Assembly (NCBI GenBank): GCA_030704615.1
Contig: CM060731.1
Coordinates: forward strand, 47,802,001 to 47,866,000
Source: Takakia lepidozioides
Lineage: Eukaryota > Plantae > Bryophyta
Length of the DNA stretch: 64,000 nucleotides
Reading direction: 5' to 3'
In this document: piece after piece, positions 11,231 to 22,846 of the stretch
Layout of the letters: each line of letters opens with the position of its first letter
Position numbering within the stretch: position 1 is the first letter of the stretch
The notes under the pieces: generated by a model
Seen by the model: only the letters and a program-made list of their open reading frames with translations
Told to the model about the DNA's origin: nothing
Databases searched by the model: none
Program-made: the position numbers and the translations under genes

Positions 11231-14200
11231 ACAACGTCTGGGCGCGGGGTCAATGGCCACAAGGCTACGGCAAACAACGTCTTATGAGTACAATCTCTCT
11301 CTCTCTCTCTCTCTCTGAGGACGAGCTGAACTCTAATGGAAGATGGTTAATTAACTGTCTGGAAGAGCTTCAGCTTTCGACCCTGAACAATAGGTCAAAA
11401 GGTGACCCGATGCAGTGGACCCGTGAGAAAGCCCAAACTGGGGAACGCTCCATTGTGGATTATATCATAGTGGACAAGAATCTGTTTCCCCAGTGTGCCA
11501 ATGTGTTAATTGACAGAACTGATATTGGTACATCTGACCACTTTCTGGTTTGGACTGAGATCAAAAGGTGTTTCCCCAACACCAAGAGATCTGTGAAACG
11601 TTCGATCCAGAAGTGGCGCATTGAAAAATTCCGAAATGAAGAGGTCAAGGCTGAGTATGTCCAGGCCTTGCAAGAGGCTCTGCCCAACTTTGTCCATTCG
11701 CTCCAAGACCTTCAATCTCGCGCTGGCAATGCAAGAAATGAAGTCGAAAGAGCGGTGGACTCTTGGGAGAGTTTCGTCTCTTCTGTGGCTGAAAAGATCA
11801 TTGGGAGGAAACTAATTCTCTGTGGTAGAGCTGTTAATTGGTGGACCAATGAGATCAAACTCAAGATTGCCGAGAGACGAGCCCTCTATAAAGTGTGCTG
11901 CAGAATGTCAATAAAAGTCAATAATGACCTTTGGGTTAGGTACTACCAGCTCCGCAAAGATATCAATCAGCTTGTAAGGTCTCAGAAGAAACTATATTGG
12001 GATAAGTTATACGGGGAAATAAGCTCAAACCACCACGGTGGTAATGACAAGAAATTCTGGTTGGCCCTTCAACGTCTGTACAAGCCGAAAAATTGTCAGC
12101 AAGTACAAGCGCTGAGGACCCCTAAGGGTGCAGTGGTGACTTCAACGGCTGACATTGTCAACACCTTTGAAACCCACTACAGTACACTTGGTAGAAATTC
12201 TAGTTCTAGCAGCGAGGGGTTTTCTGAAGAATGGAATGACACAGTAGAAAGAACTGTGTCTATGATTTCAAAGGGTTATAACGCTCCCATTAGTTCCTGA
12301 GATTGCGGAAGCAATTGAGCATCTAAACGGATACAAAGCTGGTGGCCCTGATGGCATTGTCAATGAGCTTATCAAGCATGGTGGTGACCCGATGATAGAG
12401 GCCCTTGTTCTTCTCTTTAACCTTATATGGAGGACTGAAATTACCCCCTTTCGCTGGCGGCAGGGGGTCATTGTCAATTTATATAAGAAAGGTGACAGAG
12501 AAGAGCCGGGTAACTATCGGGGAATCACGCTTCTTAATGCAGTTGGCAGGATATTCTGCAGAGTTATAAGTACTCGTCTCGAGGTTGATCTGGAGTCCAG
12601 AGGTTGTTTCCATGCAGGCCAAGCTGGCTTTCGGCGAAACAGGGGCTGCATGGATCATATCTTCACACTCAGCCAGATTATCCAGGGAAGGAAAAAAGAA
12701 GGGAAACCTACTTTTGTCTTTTTCCTGGATGTCAAAAAGGCCTATGACACTGTGTGGAGAGACGGTCTATGGCTCCGACTCTGGTCTTCCGGGATCAAGG
12801 GAAAGATGTGGAGAGTGGTCCATAACTTGTATGCTCACACTAAAAGCTGTGTCACTGTTAATGGACAGAAGTCTAATTTCTTTGGCATAGACCAAGGTGT
12901 AGCTCAAGGATGTACCCTCTCCCCTCTGCTCTTCAATGTTTTCATCAATCAACTACTGGAGGATGTGGAAAGTGAGGGATTTGGGTTAAGGGTGGGTGAT
13001 GCCACCATACCAGCCCTTATGTTTGCGGATGACTTCGCAGGCATAGGGGAGACTCCTTCCAACCTCCAGGGGCTGATAGATTGTGCGAAGAGATATTTTG
13101 ATCTATGGGGGCTAGAGGCCAATGTCAGTAAATGCGCAGTGGTGGCATTCAACGACCGGGGGGAAGGAGGAGGCGATCTCAAGTGGCAGTGGGGAAGCCA
13201 AGAGATCCCTGTTCTCCCTCCTACACCTATCTTGGCGTTGAGTTTTCCTCCAACTGTAATTGGGAAGCACATATTCAAAGAGTGGTTCAATCTGGCAAAC
13301 GCAAAGCGCTGGGTCTCACTAAATTTTTCCACTGCAGAGGGATCAACTCTGAAGTCAAAAAAACCATGCTTTGCCGCGTTATCAGGCCGGCCTTGGAGTA
13401 TGCATCTGCTGTATGGGTTGATAACTCCAACCAGGCTAAGTTTCTTGAATCCATCCAGGTCGGGGTGCTCAAGGAGTGCATGTCTGCATGCTCCAAAACA
13501 GCTAATGTGGCTGTTCGGGGTGGGTTTGGCATTCCTCCCTTAAGCTCCCGACGCGATGAATTCAAAATCAGATGGTGGGGTCAGCTGCAACGTATGGCTA
13601 ATACCAGATATCCTAAGTTAATTGACTCTATATCTTGGAAGCAGGACCGCCCTGTCAAACAGGCTAAATCCTGGTGGAAAAGGGTAGAAGAGATTTTCAA
13701 GGATCTGAATCTTAGTCCACTAGCCATGACCCTGCTGGATAAATCTGGCTTAGAAGCTGAAGTTTCCGAAGCCATGTCTATTGCCAGGAAATTGTCTGAA
13801 GAAAATGAAGTTAGGCAGAAAACTTCCCTGAACCTGTTTCCAGTCTGTGACATGGGTGAGGCCATCATGGATGACCTCAAGGGTCTACCCACCCTCGGCA
13901 CTAGACTGAAATTCAAACTCAGGGCGGGTAGCCTACCTTTGAACAACAAACAGTCGCAGAGAGGAAAGGGGGATTGTAAGTGCCCGTTGTGTGGGCAACC
14001 TGAAGACAATATTCACTTCTTGATTCATTGTCCTGGGTACCTCACCAACCAGACACCCTCTTCAATTCCATCAAGGAAATTGTGCCTGTACCTCTGTTTA
14101 ACAACTTTGAAAATCTTGAGGCTGAGCCAAAAGCCCAGGCCCTTTAGGGGTCTAGCTATTGGGCAAATCACACACATCAGATTGATGCTTGTGTGAAGGG

Positions 14201-17200
14201 ATTTCTGGAGGATATCTGGAAATCTCGGATCAACTGTTTATTCCAAGGTAAATCATACTACCGGCGTCAGCCCCTGACAAAGGTAGTTTCTGTCCCTTTA
14301 TGTTCCGTTCAAACTGGGCGCGGGGTCAATGGCCACAAGGCTACGGCAAACAATGTCTTATGAGTACAATCTCTCTCTCTCGGCACTAGACTGAAGTTTA
14401 AACTCAGGGTGGGAAGCCTGCCCTTTTGGGGTCTAGTTATTGGGCAAATCACACACAGTAGATGTTTGTGTGAACGGATTTCTAGAGGATATCTGGAAAA
14501 CCCGGATCAATTGTTTGTTTCAAGGTAAGTCATACTACCAGCGTCTGACAAATGAAATGAATGAAATGGTACTTTATAACGTCCGTGGAAAGCTCAAAGA
14601 GCTTATGGGACAAAAGGGAAAAACAAGAAAGAAGAGACAAAACTACAGTCAAAAGCAGCCCAGAAGCAACTACTGCTCAAGGAATTGCCTAAGGGCCAAA
14701 GCCTCATGCAGATAAGCTGCCAAGAATTTCTGATCCTCATAATGGAAGACTTCAGTGAGAGATTGGGTTCCACGTGATAGACAGTTAAATCTCCCACAGA
14801 TCTCATAGTATAGAGGGCAATAAAAGAAGAAGTGTTCTTCAGTTTCGATTCCCTGGTTGCGCGCCCAGTGCACGTTGGGGATAGGCGATCCTCCCGTTGC
14901 AGGTTTTCCCATTGTTCCGCTCAAACTGGGCGCAGGGTCAATATTGTCACCATCTAGCAGGAACAAACCCGCAGCATGCCACCATCCTCTCCGTTAGTAA
15001 GTACTTACTGTGAGTGAGAGACCAAGAAAGACGAATGCAGTCAGAGGAACAAGTCCTGTGGTAATAACTTCCTTGTGAGAATTAATTACCATCACTCCCC
15101 CTGGGGCACTCGTTCAACTCATCAGAGGCATAGCATTCCAGCGATCATTTTGTCGTCCCATCACCCCAGCAAATCTGCGAAATAGTGAGCTGTAAGCTCG
15201 TTTACATCACATTCTTGGGTGAACATAAATCCAAGTGTCTACAGAATCTGGAAAGTTCGTAGCGATGGGGTCACATGAACCCCAAGCTACAGTTTCCTAC
15301 TTCTTATCACATTAAGAAAGGAGGCCTAGTTGCAGGCGCAATCAACATTAATGCATATGTAACCCTCATGAAGCCTATCCTCTGGAGATCTCCAGGTGAA
15401 CACAATCTGCTGTCACGCATGGCAGGAGATGCGACTCAACAGTTCTAACGTTTCCATGTCAGTTTGATATCATTATGTGAAGGAAGAAATATACACAAGT
15501 ACGACCACTGTTTGTCTCATCTCATGAGCTGGTAAAATGAATCAACATTCATTCATGTGTCATTTCATATTATCAAATGCTTGCTGGCTGCAAGTCACCT
15601 TATAAATCTTGTAGATGAAGTAGATTTTGTGCGGTCTACTTCTTTGGCCAGCAGGGGCCCAGCACGTCTTGAGTTCTTAAGATATTCTATAGACATGCCC
15701 CTCTGGTGTTTCAGTGCAGCCTGGATTGAGTTTTATTGCTGCATCAGATCATCATCTGCATTGGTGAATCCAAAGAAGGATGAGGTTTTCCATACTAATT
15801 ACATGACCCATCCTAATTTTGCCCAAGTAGGCCCGTACAAGAAAACTACAGTCATATCAACATTTCTCAAAGACAAGGCTACGGCAAACAACATCTCTCT
15901 GTTCACCAACTTTGAAAATCTCGAGGCTGAGCCTAAACCCCTGGGCCCATTGCTGGGCAGCTCACACACAGCAATTTGATGCTTGTGTGAAGGGCTTTCT
16001 AGAGGATATCTGGAAAGCCGAAACTAATTGTTTAAACCAAGGTAACTCCCACTTTCAAAGAGAACCCCTCACAAAGGTAGTGTCTGTTCCCTCATGTTCC
16101 ACCCAAACTGGGCACGGGGTCTATGGCCACAAGGCTACGTCAAACAACATCTCATGAGTACATCCTCTAAGACTCCCCCTGTAAGTCTCCAAATGGAATC
16201 TGAGTTTTAGAATATAATTTCAGTTTTGCATGGTCAAGGACCTGATATTCCTTCACTTGTGTGGTGCATGACCTGCAGAAAGGGGCAGCAAGACTATCGC
16301 ATGTGGAGGAAGCGCGCACACTCTTGGATCGCAGCTTAAGTGGCACGCTTTCCACCATATCAGAGGTGTGTAAAGCTTTCTAGTTCAGTCTCAGGTTGTC
16401 TAACTACCTTGCCTTAAGTTAGGATGGTTTCTATAATATAAGGGATACTTTAGACACTGAGTCTTGCTCTAGTTGACATACTCAGCACACTTTGTTTGCC
16501 AGCTTTGTTGTTAGAGAGTGTGGAACATGATGAAAGAAGGAAATGTATTATGTCCATTGGACTGCCAGAAGGACACAGTAGGACCCACTGAAACCAATGA
16601 ACAAATCTAACCCCAAATGTCACACGCAGATGGAGTGCCTCATGCAAGACTCTAAGCAATGTGGCTCCGAGAGCAGAAGGCATATGCTGGCAACGAGGAA
16701 TCTCTTAAAGAGAGAAATGAAATGAAATGAAATGGTGCTTTATAACGTCCGTGGAAAGCTCATAGAGCTTATGGGACAAAATGGAAAGAAAAACATGAGA
16801 GAAAACAGGAAACCAGAGTCAGAGATAAGAACTATTGTTCGAGTGATTGTCTAAGGGTGAATGCCTCGTGCAGGTAAGCTGCCAAGCATTTCTGATCTTC
16901 ATAGTGAAAGACTTCAGTGAGAGATTGGGTTCCACGAAATAGACAATGGAATCTCCCACGGATCTCATAGTTCAATAGAAGAAGAAGTGTTCTTCAGTTT
17001 CAATTTCCTGGTTGTGCCCTGTGCAAGCTGGACAGAGGCAGTCCTCCCGCTGCAGGTTTTCCCATCAGCCAGTCTCTATCCGTAGGTTGTGGGAGCCCAC
17101 CCTGAACCGCCCCAAAGCCCTCAGGAGAGAAGGAGATAAAGAGGCCGAAAGGTAATTGGGCCGCAAGATTCTATCATCTCGGAGAACGAAGAATGTTTCT

Positions 17201-20200
17201 CGATAGAAATGGAGCTTTGTTGTGAGGTTGGGTAATTTCCAAGTTCTCCTGACATGTAGCTCCATGAGCTCCTTTCTAATGAGTTGGTTGCGGTCATGCT
17301 TGGATGTGATGTCCACCCCTTCTGGGTTCACTGGCAATACTGAAGCAATAGAGAGTCCATGGCGTTCAAAAAAGGTATCCACACGGGCATACCAGGATTG
17401 TCTGAATACCTGCATTTTTGAGTCTAATAGATGTTGCGAGGGCCCTGGCCATGCCTCTGGCGCCAAGCATTGCTTGGAGGAAAGATGACTGCAATGGTTC
17501 CAGAAAGAAAGTACATAACATTCACAGAGAGAGATATGGGGGAAGGGGTGTTTGAATTAGTTGCAACCTTCTGACGATTTGCTGCACTACACAGGTGGTA
17601 CATACTATTGACTAGATGGGAAACACCTTAATGTGCCATTAAGTCATTGTAGTGAGATGAATCTGTCATTGAATCTTAAACTGAGTGATCATCTGAGTTA
17701 GTCTGAAGTGACAGGCAGCGGGTGGATGAATGGATGTAGAAGTATGATGGGTACCCTGTGGGGTCCATGGTTGCTTTTGCGGCCGACGAGCAGGGGCGAC
17801 CTATTCTTGCAATCAGCTCTTTGTCCCCTCATACCAAGGTCAACACAACTCCCTTTTTCCCCCTGAATGTTTTGTTTCTGATCTTTAACAGCTATGATGA
17901 GTTTGTGAAACAGGAAAATTGTGGGATGGGGAAATTCAATACCACAGACAGAGAAATGTATTTAGCCCCACACAAGGTTTTTCTTAACTTCTTGCAGAGC
18001 AGACTTACCAAGCCTTCTTCTAAGAAATACCTGTTGATGATCACCAGATAGGCCTTGTATGTGAAAAACTGATCATGGGTGGTTCTGTGGTGGCAGGATT
18101 TGGAGGTAAATCCAAGATGCTCCTTGCTTGTGCCTAGGGATCCATTGGATAAAAGTGACACCATTGTTACCATCATTGGTGAAGCAGAAACAGTAAGCCT
18201 TTTCCATTGTTGGTTCTCCATGCATGTCGGAGCTGAAATCTGGGTGCTCCCCCTGTTTCGATTGTAGTTGAACTTGGCATTACCAGATTGAACAATGTTT
18301 TTGGAAGACTTTTTGTGCATGTGATTAGTATCCATACAACTTAGTAGTCAAAGTGAGTACATTTGTTGAATCAGTGGTGAACGTGTCAGAGAGCAGGCAT
18401 AACATTGGAAGCTGTGGACAGGTATCTGAACAAGACTGGGCTGCTGTGCGAGCTGCTTACATGAAACGACATCCAGATGCTTTCTGGGTAGAGCTTGTCT
18501 TTGTTTATCCTTCCCCTCTTCACTTCTATATGCCCATGCACATTGTCAATTGGCCATGGGTATGTTTGGAGGATTAGATCTATGCTGGGCCCAAAACTAA
18601 CAAGTAGGTGGTAAAAGGAGATTGAGTACTACTCCCCTGTGGCCTTTGCTTGCAAAGCTCACCACGCACTTGAAACATAAACAAAATGGTGAGGCAAGAG
18701 GGTCCTGGGGAGCTATTGTTGTACCAAACAACCAGTCATACGAACTTTTTGTGGCTTAAAGTCTTGTTCTGTGGATGTTGACTCATCGTCATCTACCTGA
18801 GCATCATTATAGTAGTCATCAAATTCCATTCCCTCAAATGCATTCTAGGTGAAGTGTTGGTGCACTGCAGGAGAGTGGAGGTACGGAGAGTCAGGGTCAT
18901 AGTCAGTGTGCATGATAGATGTCTAGGCATCTAAGATTACATTACATTCTTGCTTGCTGGTTGGAAGGTGGACTTTGGCGACTTTAGGCTGGTGCGTATT
19001 GAGCCCAAGAAGGTGAAGTTCCTCACAGGATCAGTCACTGCTTTTGCAGCCTTTGGAGGTAACATTTCCCTTCTCTCTACTTCATAGGATATGACAGTTC
19101 TAAGGTCACATTTCTGCATCCTCACATCCTTGCAGCCCTCCAACTTTTCTTCTGGAAATCAGACGGAACCTGTCTGGAGATTCTGCCTCTCATTCTAAAG
19201 CTCTTTAAACCATAGTTGAAGTGGGGTGGAAAGCAAGGATTTCTTGGTTTGACTTAATGTTTGAACTACTGGCAATTACCTGCAGATTTCACGGGGGAGG
19301 AGTATAAAGCAGCAGCTGTTGATCCCATTGCTCAATTCACAACTCCCATTGCAGTATGTACACTGATTCTACCCTGGCTATCGTGAACCTTAGGGGAAGA
19401 ACAATGTGTGAACCTTTGAGTAGTAGTAGCATTGCCTATCTTGGTTCTGCATCACAATGTTTTGTAGAGCATGCAAGTGGATTACGAAACCGAACCCAAA
19501 CCTGCAGCCACTGTTGCACCATAGTCATTTGCCATGGCATATGTAAATCTGTTGGATCTATTGTGAAAGAAAGGTTCATTGCCAATGCTGATGGGTGGAA
19601 AAGCCTGAGATGCCTACTGTATGGCATCTTAATTTAACCAAGTTTTGAATAGAGAGCTGCTCTCTGCTTACAGCATAAGAAATGAAGGGTCCTCATGAAG
19701 GCTTTTCTCACCAGGATCCTAGAAAATGTCTTCGCATCAACTACAGTGGTCATTATCAAATGCTGTCCCTGTGCATTTTAATCTTCCAATGTAAGCAAAA
19801 CAAGATGTGTCCATTTGAAAAATCGTGAAATGATCATAGGTACCATTGGTGGTTGCAGGGACACATGAATCGGGATCATGGAGATGAGACCAGGCAGATT
19901 GTAGAAAACTCTGTTGGAGTTAAGGTGACCTTACTGCCCCATCCAAGGCACATTCACTTACTTTCTACTTTCCTTGTGTCAAGTGCTGTGTATAAACAGA
20001 AAATACAACTTGAGATCACATGAGGTACACCTTGTGAAAAAATCGTAACATCTTACCCAATTACCTGTGTAGTTGTCATGTGTTGAAATGTGGGCACAGA
20101 CACCAGTGCTGATTCTTTATATTGTAGAATGCAAAGTTTAATGACCAAGATGTAATTTGCACTTTCAAATGAATGATCTGTACAGGTGGACTATGCCAAA

Positions 20201-22846
20201 ATTCTGCAAGTCGATCACCTAGGCTTCAATGTTCAGGTACGAATGAGTGTCATGTCTGTCTTGCTCAGTCCAGAACAGGTGCGGGTTCCATGTCCACCAT
20301 GCCATTGCATGCAAAACTTAACCTTGTTTCTATCTTTTTTGTCAAAAGGAGTGATTGCTTATTCACTTTGGTAATTGCAGGCTGCACACAAGGGTATTCC
20401 TTTGAAACTCCGCATCCCCTTCCCAAGGCCAGCCGATGACCGCAAGTGAGCATCCCCCTTCCATTCCCACTGTACCTTGGATCTTCGAAAAACTGATGTT
20501 TTGCATCATGTGTGCATTCCGATGGTATACCAGGGGGGTCCAGGAATAGGTGCAGAGAGAGGGAGAAAGGTAAAGTGACATAGTAAGTCAATATTTGTCA
20601 AAGTCGGAGAGGGAGAGGGCTAGTCATGTTGAAGAACAAAACTGCAATAGCAGGTCAGGTCTGTCCATTCAGACCAGCTGTAGAGGAAGACTAGAGTTCA
20701 TAAACAGCAGTACCTTTTGCCCAAAACCAAGACCATGTGGGTGGGAGGGTGGCTACAAGTCACACCAATCACCTTAGGTCTAGGAAGGGACAACAATTCT
20801 ACGCAAAGTTCAGGTCAGTGGGTACCTTTAAACTTTGGAACGCCCCAGAAAGAAATAGATGCATATCAATGCTGATTTTTTGTATAGAGTTGTTCTTCAG
20901 GTCTAGGAGAAGGATCACGAAGGTCTTTCATGGTCTTTTTCCTCCAAATAATAGACATGCCAAGTAGGAAAATCCCGAACACAGCCTGTGAAGGGTGTTG
21001 TGGACCTACTGAAACCCCTGATACCTTCAAAAAGCAGCAAAACAGTGAGGATAAAAACAAACACAGCAAAGAGGCAAAGAATTAGCCTCCATGTTGTCTC
21101 ATCCGCAGTCCTGCAGAGGCGTCAATCTTAATAGAAAGGGCTGGAACCTCCTGGTTCCTTATAGCAACCTCACAACCCATAGGTTAGTGACTGTTGTGGA
21201 ATACCAGGCTTTTAAGGCCAGCCCACTTGTTATCAATTTCCACTCCAAAGGAAGCTCATCTACAAGGTAGGAAACAAGAAGTCCACTGTGGGACAGCTTT
21301 ATAGGCTAGCAAGCCCATAGTCTTACTACACAATCAGCAATATGCAACTGCTCCCAACTTGAAATGATGTGAGTGTTGCAATGGCAAGGCACCTCATCAA
21401 AAAATGAGCTGGAATGGTAAGAAGAGAACGTTGAAGTGTGCCATGGTGCCAAGAGCTGCCAGGCTTCCTGCTCAGCAACTTCTTGAACTTGAAGAAGATG
21501 GCTGAGAGTGAATAAAGCTACCATATATACTGAAGGTTAGGGGCTCCTTACCCCTCCTTCCAGCCACCAGGTGTGCTCATCTCTCATTTGTACCCCACTC
21601 TTGCAATTAGATATAATTTGCCATCCAAAATAGAGCCGCCAAACTTGAGGAAAGCCATAAACTATGGTGTGTTATGGCTAACCCTTGGAATGCCAACTGT
21701 TTGGTAGTACCACATAGTACATTAATTGGCAGTTGGGGCATAAAATGGATCATTATGAGTCACCCTATTTATTCGACAACCTGAATTACAAGGTTTTAAA
21801 CAGGTAATCATCAATCTTTATGAGACATCCAGCAAGAAAAGACAATGTACAAGTGATGTACCTTGTAAGTGCCTGGGATTAGCCACATTGAGCATCCTCA
21901 AGATTGATGAACCAAGAAAATAAACCTGATCAAGCAATGCAGAGAGAGAGAGCATGTACTCAGAAGATGTTGTTTGCCGTACCCTTGTGGCCATAGATCC
22001 AGCACCCAGTTTGGGTGGAACAAAAGGGAACAGATACTACCTTTGTGAGGAGGGGCTTACTCCAGTAGTGAACTAGGATTTTCCAGATATCCTCTACAAA
22101 GCCCTTCACACAAGCACCGACACTATATGTTCTTGATGTTCCTCAATAGGGTCACTCTCTGGTGAGATTGTCCCAGACAATGTATCAGAAATTGGATCTT
22201 GTCTTCAGGCTGCCCGCACATAGGGCAAGTACAATCTCCTCTTCCTGTCTGCATCTGTTTATTTTTCGAAGGTAGGCTTTCCTCCCCGAGTTTAAATTTC
22301 AGTCTAGTGCCAACGGTAGGTAGGGAGGAGCGAGAATGTACTCATAAGACGTTGTTTGCCTTAGCCTAGAAGCCATTGACCCCGCGCCCAGTTTGAGTGG
22401 AACGCATGGGACAGATACTAGAGGAGAGAGAGAGAGAGAGACTGAAGGGCTGGAAATTCCAGTTGCATGTATTTCGTTTACTTGTCATTGCAAGCCCCTG
22501 TGTGGCCATATTGACCTCAAGCAATGGCATCTCATCCTGCCTCAAGGAATCAACGAAGTTGTGCTGGTACTTTATAGTTATGAAAATTGTAAAGAGAGGA
22601 TTGTGAGAATGAATCTTGTTCTATTCTGTAGAAACATGTTCATGTTGACCGAACTCTCCCACGTTGCAATGCCAGCATGGTTGGAGTGTTCAAATACTAA
22701 GAGAGGAGTCTGGCGGTTGCTGAGGCTTTGATCTATGTTCATCTTTAAATTCTTATCAATGGTTGGTTGGTGGTTGGGATTTCAGGGATGTGAAGAACTT
22801 AATAGTTGAAATGACTCAGCTTGCAGCAAACACAGCAAGTTCTTGA
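9786..22846 (+). CDS. HOZ: HugZ-like heme-binding / PNPOx-like split-barrel protein with predicted transit peptide. Exons 9786-10064, 11102-11164, 16279-16365, 17740-17838, 18097-18192, 18422-18487, 18968-19058, 19286-19353, 19859-19924, 20186-20236, 20381-20445, 22786-22846
   Basis: Spliced translation ...QIQAHQ|KGAARLSHVEEARTLL...|KYDGYPVGSMVAFAADEQGRPILAISSLSPHTK|DLEVNPRCSLL...HPDAFW|VDFGDF...VDPIAQF...|GHMNRDH...DHLGFNVQ|...KLRIPFPRPADDRK|DVKNLIVEM matches Arabidopsis HOZ from memory. All introns are GT-AG and in phase. Confidence 0.88.
10500..10990 (-). pseudogene. Highly decayed LINE RT relic in HOZ intron 1
   Basis: PCLPLPFVLESHRFFIFLRK resembles the RT 'QGCPLSPLLF.L' region. Confidence 0.3.
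11170..11229 (+). repeat. (CT)n microsatellite
   Basis: Read directly. Further (GA/CT)n tracts at 10226-10253, 11294-11316, 22421-22441 and 59281-59340. Confidence 0.95.
11237..14380 (+). mobile_element. 5'-truncated RTE/RTEX-like LINE (family 1, (CT)n tail) in HOZ intron 2: partial APE endonuclease, RT and C-terminal CCHC; frameshifted
   Basis: SIVDYII...SDHFLV (EN); KKGDREEPGNYRGITLL, FLDVKKAYDTVWRDGLW, QGVAQGCTLSPLLF, LMFADD (RT); IRPALEYASAVW; CPLCGQPEDNIHFLIHCP. Frameshifts at ~12290 and ~13215. A short copy of its own 3' end precedes it (11237-11316). Confidence 0.93.
14381..14945. mobile_element. Cluster of LINE fragments: family 1 (+, 14381-14545 and 14905-14942) and family 2 (-, 14550-14915)
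   Basis: Similarity to 13896-14270 and to 16716-17065; minus-strand peptide ETEEHFFFYCPLY. Confidence 0.8.
15872..16167 (+). mobile_element. Family 1 LINE 3' fragment preceded by a short 3'-end copy
   Basis: ACAAGGCTACGGCAAACAACATCTCTCT, then sequence matching ~14095-14370. Confidence 0.8.
16716..17470 (-). mobile_element. Family 2 RTE/RTEX-like LINE 3' fragment with (CATTT)n tail, in HOZ intron 3
   Basis: LRALGRFRVGSHNLRIETG*WENLQREDCLCPAC...ETEEHFFF, a typical RTE-group C-terminal Zn-finger region; GAAAT repeats at 16716-16733. Confidence 0.85.
21940..22441 (-). mobile_element. Family 1 LINE tandem 3' fragments with (CT)n tracts, in the last HOZ intron
   Basis: The reverse complement reads (CT)n, short 3' end, internally deleted body (GCACTAGACTGAAATTTAAACTC...GGGCAGCCTGAAGAC), 3' end, (CT)n. 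Confidence 0.8.

Noticed and set aside
20590-21900. Possible old L1 relic in the last HOZ intron
   Set aside because: Too degraded to support with a specific motif.
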